Source: Atractiella rhizophila
Taxonomy: Eukaryota
Length of the DNA: 58,977 bases
Assembly: GCA_021432655.1 (NCBI GenBank)
Contig: MU271436.1
Coordinates: forward strand, 7,209 to 66,185
Direction: 5' to 3'
Positions 1-12,774 of the stretch are shown here, one piece after another. The translations under genes and the position numbers were made by a program. The notes beneath the pieces are model-generated. The model did not search any database. It was not told the origin of the DNA and worked only from the letters and a program-made list of their open reading frames with translations. How positions within the stretch are numbered: the stretch's first letter is position 1; each line of letters begins with the position of its first letter.

Positions 1-83
1 CATGCGGTTGCTCTCGATAGCTGAATATGAGAGCGTAGAAGCATTTCCTGGATCTCTGTCCTCTTTAAAGTAATCGGCGCTGA

Positions 84-1258
<1,175 letters not shown>

Positions 1259-2008
1259 NNNNNNNNNNNNNNNNNNNNNNNNNNNNNNNNNNNNNNNNNN
1301 NNNNNNNNNNNNNNNNNNNNNNNNNNNNNNNNNNNNNNNNNNNNNNNNNNNNNNNNNNNNNNNNNNNNNNNNNNNNNNNNNNNNNNNNNNNNNNNNNNNN
1401 NNNNNNNNNNNNNNNNNNNNNNNNNNNNNNNNNNNNNNNNNNNNNNNNNNNNNNNNNNNNNNNNNNNNNNNNNNNNNNNNNNNNNNNNNNNNNNNNNNNN
1501 NNNNNNNNNNNNNNNNNNNNNNNNNNNNNNNNNNNNNNNNNNNNNNNNNNNNNNNNNNNNNNNNNNNNNNNNNNNNNNNNNNNNNNNNNNNNNNNNNNNN
1601 NNNNNNNNNNNNNNNNNNNNNNNNNNNNNNNNNNNNNNNNNNNNNNNNNNNNNNNNNNNNNNNNNNNNNNNNNNNNNNNNNNNNNNNNNNNNNNNNNNNN
1701 NNNNNNNNNNNNNNNNNNNNNNNNNNNNNNNNNNNNNNNNNNNNNNNNNNNNNNNNNNNNNNNNNNNNNNNNNNNNNNNNNNNNNNNNNNNNNNNNNNNN
1801 NNNNNNNNNNNNNNNNNNNNNNNNNNNNNNNNNNNNNNNNNNNNNNNNNNNNNNNNNNNNNNNNNNNNNNNNNNNNNNNNNNNNNNNNNNNNNNNNNNNN
1901 NNNNNNNNNNNNNNNNNNNNNNNNNNNNNNNNNNNNNNNNNNNNNNNNNNNNNNNNNNNNNNNNNNNNNNNNNNNNNNNNNNNNNNNNNNNNNNNNNNNN
2001 NNNNNNNN
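1259..2008. other. Assembly gap (750 N) hiding the convergent 3' ends of RVB1 and cyclin C
   Basis: Run of N. Confidence 0.99.
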
Positions 2009-2873
2009 GGGGTGGGTGGATGAGGGGAAGGGTGGTACGATTGAGGTCGTTTATGAGGAACCTGCTTTGAATTCAGATGCGTACTACGCAAGAGAAGAGA
2101 AGGAAAAGACGAACCATGCCATTTGTAATGTCACGTCGTCCACCTCTACCTTTTGATCGAGAATTTGGTCTTGGCACGGGATGCAGAGCGATGAGAGTGA
2201 CATCCCGTCCGGTGAGCTGGTATAGCGTGGGAATATGGATGGAAGATCTTGAGACAAAATTCGAGGTCGGATATGACGTAGAATTCGCATTCAGCCACCT
2301 TTGAGGAGTCTGTAGGAAAGGTTGTGATACCCATATCTGTCACACCGCTTTCTCTTGAACAATTGACTGGAACACATAATACATGCGAGGAACCGCACCT
2401 ATGAAGCATTGTCTCGCCTCAGAGCAGACGGTACGGATGTGCACTGGCGTCTCCTCTGCCTTTGCGGCCATGTATAAACAAGCCGTGAGGACGAGTGGGA
2501 TGTCGGTGTTGCAATACGAGTTCTTGATATAGAATCGTCTGAAGTAGACGATTGCTGTCGAAGTGACTTGCTGACGCAGGTGAAGACGTTTAGACAACTT
2601 TTGGGGACTATCGGTTCTCACTCATTAGCTACGCCTTTAGAAGTTGAGAGAGGGAAATGAGAATGCAGACGAACCATTTGCTGTCCAGATGCATATCCAG
2701 CTGAGCTCAAAGCGGCGTCGCATACTGATAGTCGAGGGTCCTTGCCAGGTGGCAGCGCGTGAGGAGTCAGCGTCCAATAGTTCCTGTTTAAGAGTCAGCG
2801 GGACGTGTAAAGGACAAGAATGGAAGATCGCGGTGACACACGCTTGTGTTGAAAGGTAGTAGTTTGCAGCCAT
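2009..2873 (-). CDS. SSN8: Cyclin C (Mediator kinase module), 3' end in gap
   Basis: MAANYYLSTQ start; LSKRLHLRQQVTSTAIVYFRRFYIKNSY...TACLYMAAKAEETPVHIRTVCSEA cyclin box; VAECEFYVISDLEFCLKIFHPY. Confidence 0.92.
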
Positions 2874-3060
2874 CGTCCACGTTTGCAGAGCTATCCGTAA
2901 TAGATGAGGCCACTTTTGGGATGTGAAAGCGTTTTATGCTTGCTCTTCTTAGTATTGCAGCACTGTTACTATTATCACTGGGTCAAGGTCAAGGCTGTGG
3001 ATGATGTTCCTATTGTCTTTTACGTGTTTATAGACACTGACAAAACCGTTTTCACAAGCT

Positions 3061-3143
3061 GGCGTTTGTACCAAAGTGGTTACTGGGATGGTCTAGAAAA
3101 CCATTGCCCTTCGGGCGCGTAGGTTCGAATCCTACCAACGTCG
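3061..3143 (+). tRNA. tRNA-Ser (anticodon AGA), type II with long variable arm
   Basis: D arm CCA-AAGTGGTTAC-TGG; anticodon arm ATGGT-CTAGAAA-ACCAT; variable arm GCCC-TTC-GGGC; T arm GTAGG-TTCGAAT-CCTAC; discriminator G; T-tracts at 3146 and 3152; upstream TTTATAG. The 5' acceptor strand has one extra T. Confidence 0.87.
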
Positions 3144-3386
3144 CCTTTTGCTTTTTGGTCACGACAAAAACCCCAATGTACCAACGTCTACTCTGCATTT
3201 TGCTTGCTGCTCTAACATTTCCCCATTCTCCCTCCCGTTATTTGTACCTTTGGCAGTACCTTGCTTCAGTCATTTGGTGTTGTGCTTGAACGTATGAGTC
3301 AGGCAGCTCGACCAATTCCAATCAATCATGCAGATAAAGTTTTACCTTGCCATTAACACCAGCCTCCCTCCTCGCCTCAATAAACC

Positions 3387-4588
3387 ATGCAAAGGCTTGG
3401 TTTCCCCTCCGTCATTCACCCCCAAATACCTTCCCGCCTTCCTTTTTTCCGACATTCTTCCACATCATCTCCGTCCCAATCAACGTGGCGACACAGGGAT
3501 GTCGCTCGTCCACCTCGTCTAAAACCTCCACGGGACCGCGAACAGTTCGCTCCAGACGAGGGCAGGGGTCAGGCTCGAGGGACGGGGGCTTTTGGACGAT
3601 GTTAGTGCCCAATGATAATATGCCTGAGCTGCCGGAGGGGATGGGGTTTCGTCAGTGGTTCTACCAGCGCTATTATTCGACAGAAGCCGGATTCAAAGCG
3701 TTGACGAAAAACTTCATTTTATAGTATGCTATGTTGCTTTTTCTATCTTTTTTGCTTAGGATACAAGCTGAAGTGAATTGTTTGGGAGAAGCCCAGAGAA
3801 TCCTCCACCAGGTCATGATCGAGGAATGAAAGTCGCATTGCTTTGGAGGACATACGAAGAGTTAAAACAAGCCATGTTATTTTTCCACCCCTCGCCATCT
3901 CGACCACCTCTGCCCTTCGACATGTTCATCGACAACACCTATTGGCCGATCGGCCATCCCTTCTGCACCATATTCCGAATATTCAACCTCCCCAACTCCT
4001 ACGGGCTCCACTCCATCCAACACATCCGAGACCAGTTCCCTTACCTCCAGGATCCGGTCACAAACATATCTTTGCATAGGTTCGATGCGAAGGACAAGCC
4101 TTATCACCTCAAGCATGCTGTGTACGTCCTTCATTCCTTCTTGCAATGCTGCCATCATCAAGTAATGCTTTCATTCACTGATCTTCTCTTGTAGGTACGC
4201 ATTATGGCAATGTCGTGACGCAGAAGATGTCAAGAAAGCGACCTTTCAGGGACCTATCGGCGCCACAGAAAAGGCGTTATGGCGAATAGCACCGCTGGGC
4301 AACCACCGTCAAATCCTGGCCGACATCTTGGGTGAAGGAAACATGGAAGAGATGAGAGTGGCACAGAGGAACAGGGTGTTGAAGGCGACCAACCAGACGT
4401 TTCAGGACAGCCAAATGTTGGCAGCTTTCAATTCAGCGGCGAAGACTTTGATGGAGGATGGACTGGTCGGGGGTGATATTCAGCGATTGAGGAGCAGCAA
4501 GGGGGTAGGTGTCGGGACTGGGAGGGAACGGAGGTCGAATTCGAAGGAAGTGCAAGATCAGTTTAGTCGGATGTTGCAGGAGGCATGA
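3387..4588 (+). CDS. Family X copy 1, uncharacterised protein (putative mitochondrial, RRM-like); apparent frameshift in exon 1
   Basis: Introns 3724-3791 and 4122-4194 in the same positions and phase as copies 2 and 3; shared motifs DGGFWTMLVP, VALLWRTYEELK, PFDMFIDNTYWP, FRIFNLP, IRDQFPYLQDP, GPIGATEKALW. Confidence 0.7.
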
Positions 4589-4662
4589 GGGACCAGTCCT
4601 TCAACAGTTGTTGGATGACGGTTATGACATTGCGGGATGACAAGTGCATTGTATTTGACCAT

Positions 4663-7198
4663 TCACTCCAAATCACAACCCTCCTTTCTCCAATACCTCT
4701 CCAGCATAAACTTGACTGGCTCATTCCCAACCCCGACCCAGACTCCTTTCTCCTCCCCAGCATGCAATTCCCTCGCAAAATACTCTAGGATGTTCGCGCC
4801 GTTCCCCCCTTCTCTCAAATGTGGACGAAGGAGCGGGAAGATGGGTGGTTTGCGCGAATGCTGGGTGGGGATGGAGACGAGGACCTGATGGTATAAAATC
4901 CCTCGTCCGTTCTCCTCTTCTGGCTCTGGCTTTTTAGGTATGGCAGCAGAAGCGGGAAGGGTGTCATACACGCCGATTATTAGTCCTAAATACCCAGAGA
5001 TCACTGGATTGCATATGAAGAAGATTGATGAAAGACGAGCCTTCGTAACAACGTCTATGCTCACTCTCCCACTCCCAAACCGGCTTCCCATCCCTCACGA
5101 CTTTGACCCAATACCACTCAGCACATGTCCTGACCTTCCACCTCGGAAAGACTTTTTCCATCACAAAGCGCCTGAACTAGTCCAACAGATTAGAAATTTA
5201 TATTAAAGGAGCAGAATACAATAAATGTGATAGGACGGACCTTGAAACGATTCGTGACCCAAACTGCAACTAAAGTCTTGTATCCGTCTTTGAGCGGTGG
5301 CTGAAGTAAAAGGAGGTCGTACGCATCCCAAGTTTGATACGCTGAGGAGCGGGATGCAGAGGCATTCGGCCATGGAGGACTGTCCATTTTATATGATCAA
5401 ATCTCAGCCATAATTTTGTATGAAGTAAAGATAGGAAGACGTACTCAAGGAGGATGAGATCCCATCCTGTCTCTTTGGTTTTACCATCTTTAGGGAGAAG
5501 TGGCCGCAGTAACTCTCCGTCACACCAGGTCGTGAAGTCTCCCATTATGAAACCGGAGCGTGGAGGGAGGAGGATGGATGTTTCCGTTGAATCATCGTGT
5601 TTGGAAGTTCTGAGAGGGATGCGCAGGAGAGAAGAGGATGGATTGAGGATCGGTTTGTGGTATAATTCGTGCACGGAAATCGTGCTACCTCTCTCATCAG
5701 CTCAATTTAGCGTGCAAAGCACACAGTAAATGAGGAGCATACCTTGATCTACCTCTTCGTTGATGCACCAAACCTTTACATCCACATCCAACTCCTTTTC
5801 TCCCCGCACTCTGTTTCTCTCTCCAGCAACAAAATCGAATGAAATTTGCGCGAATGCTGGGTGGGGACGGAGACGAGGACGTGATGGTATGGAATCCCTC
5901 GTTGGTCCTCCTCTGGCTCCTTAGGGATAGCAGCAGTGGGAGAAGCGAGAGGATTGTCGTACACGCCGATTATTAGACCTAAATACTCAGAGATCACAGG
6001 ATTGCATATGAAGAAGAGAGATGAAAGACTAACCTTCATAACAACGCCTATGCTCACTCTCCCACTCCCAAACCGGCCTCCCATCCCTCGCTACCTTGAC
6101 CCAATACCACTCAGCACATGTCCTGACCTTCCACCTCGGAAAGACTTTTTCCATCACAAAGCGCCTGAACTGGTCCAACAGGTTAGAAATGTAGATTAAA
6201 TGAGCAGAATGCAGTAAAAGTGAGAGACGGACCTTCACACGATTCGTGACCCAAACTCCAACTAAAGTCTTGTATCCATCTTTGAGCGGTGGCTGAAGTA
6301 AAAGGAGGTCGTACGCGTCCCAAGTTTGATACGCTGAGGAGCGGGATGCAGAGGCGTTCGGCCACGGAGGACTGTTCATTTTACATGATCAAATCTCAGC
6401 CATAATTTGGATGAAGTAAAGATAGGAAGACGTACTCAAGGAGGATGAGATCCCATCCTGTTTCTTTGGTTTGACCATCTTTAGGGAGAAGTGGTCGCAG
6501 TAACTCTCCGTCACACCAGGTCGTGAAGTCCCCCATTATGAAACCGGAGCGTGGAGGGAGGAGAATGGATGTTTCCGTTGAATCATCGTGTTTGGAAGTT
6601 CTGACAGGGATGTGCAGGAGAGAAGAGGATGGATTGAGGATCGGTTTGTGGTATAATTCGTGCGCGGAAATCGTGCTGCCTCTCTCATCAGTTCAATTTA
6701 GCGTGTAAAGCACACGCAGTAAATGAGGAGCATACCTTGATCAACCTCTTCGTTGATACACCAAACCTTTACATCCATGTCTAACTCCCTTTCTCCCCGC
6801 ACTCTGTTTCTCTCTCCAGCAACAAAATCGAATGACTCTTCATTCGCTTCTTCCGCATCGTCCACCTCCAATGCCCTCACAAATTCCCTCCACCGTCCAT
6901 CTGCAGTCAGAGAGTGCATCAGTCCCTCCGTTCCCTCCTTCAGCCACGTGACGATGTCCTCATGCAACCTCGCGCTTTCGACATCCGCCACGCTCGCGTT
7001 TTTCTTTCTCTTCTTCTTTGGGCGGCGGGAATTGGAGGAGTTCAAATCGGCGTTGGCGTTGGAGGATGTGAGGGTGGAGGGGTACGGTTTGGACGGCGTT
7101 GGAGGAACACGGGGATGGTAGGGTGAAAGGGAAGGCGGAAGCGAGGGAAGTAGCAGGCTGCTAATGTGTGGTGGATGAGCAGAGGCGTAGCTCATCAT
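4663..7198 (-). CDS. MT-A70 family N6-adenine methyltransferase, METTL4-like, with internal tandem duplication
   Basis: LLPPRSGFIMGDF, WDLILLD|PPWPN (DPPW formed across an intron), VWVTN, EWYWVKV, YEGLIIG, VSIPTQHSRKPP, ILEYFARELHAG, GVGNE, in METTL4 motif order. Confidence 0.88.
4849..6835. repeat. Direct tandem duplication, units 4849-5842 and 5845-6835, inside the METTL4-like gene
   Basis: Two ~990-bp colinear copies, roughly 90-95% identical by eye, with substitutions and small indels and a 2-nt spacer at the junction. Confidence 0.95.
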
Positions 7199-7303
7199 GA
7201 TATGCACTTTCAAACAGGCGTAAGGCGGTCGGAAATGTACTGCTCAATTGCACACATCTCCTTTTCAAACAGCTTTACTGGTTTGACCTTCTAGTAGTGC
7301 ATC

Positions 7304-9310
7304 ATGAAACCTCGGCCCTTCCACTCTATCCGACGTCTCCAACACACGATTTCCTCCTCTCATGAGCCTCCGCCGCATCCGTCCAAAACTCGCACACGAG
7401 CGCCTCCTGGTACTCTCCCTCCGCGTTCAATGCTCTACGAAAGAGGATATTGGACGGTCATCCTCCCGCGAGCCAACGCGAAGATTGTGCGGGATGCTGG
7501 TAGATATGACAAGTGGTTCCTCACCAATTTTTGGTACCCTCAGAACGGGTTGAAGAATTGGGCGAAGAAATATATTGTCAGGTTTGTTCCTCCCTTCTCT
7601 CCTTTCCTTCTTCTCTTTGCTGTTTTTTCATGCGTCATGGAAAAATGAGCGTGATATCTCTCTGTCCACCTCCACATCTCTGAAGAAATTCCGCTTCCTG
7701 AGTACAGCCCGCTGCTTGATTGACTTTGGGGTCTTGTGTCTTCTAAAGGAATGCCACAGATATAAGATTATTCCATCGATAACTGGTACTCGTACCAGGC
7801 TCCCAAATGTTGATTCCCAAATCCTAGTCGAACATTCCAAGTAAGCGCGCAGACGTTCCTCCTCGCAAAAGAAGAGCACATTATCCAGAGTTATTACATA
7901 CCCAAACACCGGATGCTCTCTTGAAGAGAACATCCCTTTGTCAGGGAACAAGAATCGTCAACCACCAGGCGAATTGAACCACAATCCTTGTTTACGGTGA
8001 TTGAAGGAGACAAGTTCTCCCCCAAGTTCTCGTCATTCAGCTTTGTTCCTCCGTGTCCTAAGTTAGGCGGACGCTTTCGTTGTTTCACTTCACGCTCCCT
8101 CGGATGAAAGCATCCATAAGGGCAGCGAAACGTCGAGAGGAATCCGAGAATGCAAAGCAGCCAACTGATCTGTCAAGTCTCAATGCTCCATTTGCGATAT
8201 TTCTATGGCGTCAGAGACTTTTGGTGAGTGTATTGCCGATTTTGCCGAAATAAGTGTTATGTGTAAACAGCCTAAAATAATCATGGCATCATGCATACGA
8301 CGGCAGCGATGACTTATTTGAGAAGTTCTGCCATTGTTCCGTACCAGACTAGATATTGCCTAGTGCTCAGAGTTCTCCTCCTTCCAACAGAGGAAAGGAA
8401 TCACACCGATATTGCGATTGTGCAAGCTGGTTATAAACGTAATGGAAGGGCACATCCTATACTGTGTAGGACCCAAATATCTCTCACGAGGAGGTGAAGG
8501 CGACTCATCAGGCTTTCTCATTTCGACAGATGTTCCCAGCCCGGACTGACTTCCATCAAACAGGTCAGCCAATTCTAGGACTGGCTTGAATCGGGTAGCA
8601 ATCGAATGGCCCGACTACGAAAGTCTCAAGAGTGCCTATCGATTTTTCAACGGCTCAATAGAAGCCTCCGCCTCACCTTCACAACTAATACCCTTCCAAC
8701 TGATCGTCGACCGGACTCGATGGCCTCTGAACAGCCCTCTCATCACCCAGTTCAAGATCCGTAATCTCTCAGGGGAACATTTCAACGAGGAAGCTACCTT
8801 TCTAGATATGAAGAATAGGATAATAGAACAGTTCCCGTATCTGAGCCAGCCGGTTTGGGACGATGTCAAGGTTTGGAAAAGCTTGAGTCCTCGTAAGGGT
8901 GATCCCTCCGGATGGTATGTCGTCCATATTCTCCAGACCTATTCTTTGTTCACCGACTTAAAATTGCACGCAGGGCAGCGAGCTGGACTACGTCGAATGA
9001 GGGAGTGCGGCAAGCCATCGAACTAGGGCCGGTGGGAGAAAAAGAAAAGGCGACATGGCAACTGCAAGCAGAAGCAGACGGAAATCTGATCCTGAAGGAT
9101 CTGGGAGAGACGGACGAAGGTGGAGAGGAGAGGAAATCGGTCATGGACTTCCACGAAATGGGCTTGGACATGAAAGAGTGGGAAGAAGCGAGAAACGAGA
9201 AAAAAGCAAAGGCTATTGAGGAGGCAAGAAAGAGGAAACACGATAAAGCGATGACAAACGATTTACGGAAACTCTTCGATCGAGCTAGACTTGACCTAAT
9301 TCCATCATAA
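7304..9310 (+). CDS. Family X copy 2, uncharacterised protein (putative mitochondrial, tandem RRM-like)
   Basis: Exons 7304-7581, 8564-8914, 8974-9310. Intron 1 (7582-8563, 982 nt) runs GTTTGT...CTGAC...AACAG. The spliced frame is continuous and aligns with copies 1 and 3. Confidence 0.8.
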
Positions 9311-9464
9311 CGCGACACGGGCCGGTAACCCCCAAAAAGAATAAGGGTTTATAAAGCCTCCTTTCAGTTTCATTTGCCTTTTATCATCACTGCTCATCAT
9401 TTCATTACGTCGTTTGCAAACTTGTACATAGAGGTAGTTCACTTGAGGAAAATACTGTGCTGTC

Positions 9465-11498
9465 TCAACCATCCGTGTGCTTTCCGTCCTTCATCAACGC
9501 AGCCCTCACTGAGCGGACCAGATCCCAACCAAGATCTCCAGACATCTCCCAGGAGTTCATACCTCCAATCCCGACCTCATAAGCATATGCAGCTTTAATC
9601 GCCAACGACTCTGGATCATCATAGGTGACGACGAGCCCACGCTCAGAATTTACAAGGAACGGCTGGTAAACAGATTAGAGGGGTTGGCTGTAGAGAGGAA
9701 AGATGAAAATACGAACAGTGGAGGAGCACGAATCCCATTTTCGAACGTAGCCATTCTTTCCTACGTATTTGCCCGACGAACTCTTTGCAAGCGCACCACG
9801 GTTCACCAGCTCCCTAAAGCCAGCCTGACTCCCAATATACGAACTGAGATCTCCACTCCCACTTGCAAGGCTGTACCCAGACTGCGCCAGTGTCGTTCGT
9901 GCCTGTGTCGACTGTGGAAGCGGTAGGTAGGAAATAGGACCATTAGCATGGTTGGAGGAAAGCGAGGGGGCGGAAGGGGGTACGGAAAGTGGAGGAACAA
10001 GAGCGTTCCAGGCATACTGAGCGAGGTCCCCATACAGATCCCTCCTCGTCCTCTTCGCGTCCCTCGCTTTTCGTTCAGCCAGACCTATCTCCATCATTCC
10101 TCGGAGAGACCGCTTGTTAACCAATGTTTGGGCATTCGATTGTGAGACATAACCGTAGAAGGGGAGACCCATCAGAATCTTCTTCAACGGAAACTTGGCA
10201 GCCTTAAACGCTTTTATCGCAGACACCATGTTCGCTGTAGGTTGCTGAGAATTCGAGCAACCGTTATCAAAGGGGGCGTTCGGGCCAGGATTAGAGGAAG
10301 CTGCATTGGTTCTCATCAGTCTAACAATAGAGAAAGTTAAGACCAGACGCATACCACCCCAGACATCGTAATTCATGATCAAGATGAAGTCCATCACCTT
10401 CCCAAAATCGCTCATATCTTTCAAAGGACTTCCATCCGGGCCGACAAACGTAGTCTCACCTGTGCAGGCAGTTATCAACTTGTCCGATCCGAGGAGGTCG
10501 CGCAGGTCTTTCATAAAGATAAGGAGGTTGGCACTGTCATCTGGCGAGACTTGATTTGACCCTTCGCCCTGGTATCCAGGATATTCCTGTTCACTTATCA
10601 ATTTTGTTACCTTGAAAGAAGAGGAAATAACGAACCCAATCCAGATCAACGCCGTCCAAATCAAACTGGTCCAACACATTCACAATATTCTTCGCGAAAT
10701 TCTTTCGGCTCGATGAGCTCGCAACATTCCCGCTGAAATACTGACTGCCAGTCCAACCACCAATAGCCAGGAGGACCTTCGTTCCATGTTGATGTGCGTT
10801 CGTGACGAGACGTCTAAGTATGTCTTCCGAATCATCCTGCGTGAAATTGATATCTTGATTCTCATTTGGAATTGCGAAAGCTAGAGCACGGCGCTCAATT
10901 GTCAGTGGCCCTGGATTGTGCCGGTAGAGAAAGACGCACCAAAATCGATGATATCAAATTTGGAATAGTCAATACTCTCTGGGGGTAAAACATCGGCTGT
11001 CCAATCGGGATAATATGCTGCCACGACTTGTCCTTTATCGGCAGACGGTGGCGAAGAAGGAGTTGGAGTAGGGGTTCTCGTCTGGGTCTTCGTTGCAGTC
11101 TTGGTCTTGGACGTTGGCTTCAGCGTTTTCGGATTCGGAAGGCGAGTGACAGTCGCTGACGCGAAGGTGGTTGTTTCGTCACCACCAACCAAAGCCTCAA
11201 CAATGATGTCTCCATTTGGATCCAGCTCCACGCCATTCTGCCTGCTTTGGTCCTGCCCTAAGACGCCAGTATAACTCGACTGAACCTGATCCATCGGTTC
11301 CCCTCTGCCGGTATGTGGGATATCTACGCTGAGAGAGCCATCAATATTCAACTCGAAGCCTACTTGTGAGGCGAATCGGGGAGAGAAACGGTGAGATTGG
11401 GCGAGAAAGGAACGGGCGACGTGAGACTGGGTGTTGGCCTCGAGAAGAGGTAGAGCGGATGTGGAAGCAAGGAGGAGTGAAAGCAGGAAGGTTGACAT
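9465..11498 (-). CDS. Secreted GH18 chitinase
   Basis: Signal peptide MSTFLLSLLLASTSA; T/P-rich linker; VVAAYYPDW; catalytic DGVDLDW|EYPG; MNYDVWG; MGLPFYG; VTYDDPES; GGMNSWEMSGD; stop at 9465. Confidence 0.93.
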
Positions 11499-12774
11499 AG
11501 CGACGAGACGTAGGGGAGTGGAGAGCGAGTCTCGTGCAATGGGTAAAAGGTTGGCGCGCAGGTCTGAGGATTAATGAGAGCCCCAGATGTCGAATCTGAG
11601 TAGGGAAGGAGAAGGCGGATCAACGCCACAACGACTCTAAAGAGTGGCTGGCACAGAGTTCCCGGAAGAGAGTACAACTCCTGGTCGTTCTTCTTACGCG
11701 TATTCCAAGTAAAATGTGGAAAGAAGGCTGATAAGGGGGCAAGAAACAGGTGAGCTTGTTTCTCCGCCAAGAACGGGAAGTGGTGTGAACACGGGAAGGA
11801 GCTCCTAAAATAAATAAATAATCGTTGATCCGCGCACCAGTCGGATTATCGAGCACTTCCAGGACAGCAACCTCGACGATCACCGATGTGGAGGGATTGG
11901 TGGGATCTATTGAACAACTTGAAGGCAGATAGTCGACGGGATTTGTATCGTTTGCTCGCCTTATGAGCCCTTCGAAGACGCAGCGACCATTCTCCAAGAT
12001 GACAGAATGTCTTATAATGAATTGGAGGCAGATGCTAGGCCATACGTCTAAGTAGTTCGGGCGAGGATAATGGAGCTAAAGAGTCGAAAAATGAAGCATA
12101 TCACTCGTGGTGGGCACGTATCTGACCAATTCTCGAGCTATGTCATACACGAAACCGGAATGTTGCTCCACTTAACCACGAGACGAAAGAACAAAGACAT
12201 TTTACGGGGAGGCAGACTGAGCGTAATGAAGTCATGTGTTGTCGAAAGGTGGTACCAGTGAGTCATAAGCACACACCAGGTCCAATATTAATGGAAGCTT
12301 GAAGCTTGACGAATCCAGGCGAGGGTCACCGCTTCATGTTCAGGAAAGCAATGTATGCCCCAGAGGTGCTGTATGAGCCTTTCCTCCAGCTCTTCGGCGG
12401 TTGCTGAGACAACTGGTCGGTGCCTATAGAGGTGAGAAGGTGGAACATACCAAACAAAATCGAGAGCAGTTGAACAACCGAGTGGCTCAGAGTGATTGCC
12501 GCGTATTGGACATGTTTAAATACTCGGTTGAACTGTCGTACGTTGCATTCCGAACCCGTCACGTAGCGTGAACGAACCTGGGCACCGAAGCGGGGTCGCG
12601 AACGTCTCGCCCAAAACGTACTCACAGAACCAACTTGACACCTCATCCGTAACGAACGACGCTTGACAGGAAAGGCATATAAGCCCCTCGTCCCTGATGC
12701 TACTCCATTGCCTTCTGTGGAGATTTGAGGGTTCGAGCGTTGGCACTAGTACAAAGATACACTAGGTCGGTATA

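Noticed and set aside
8490..8530. CTGATGAG plus GAAA on the minus strand, resembling a hammerhead ribozyme core
   Set aside because: GAAA precedes CTGATGA by only ~9 nt, leaving no room for stems I and III or a cleavage triplet.
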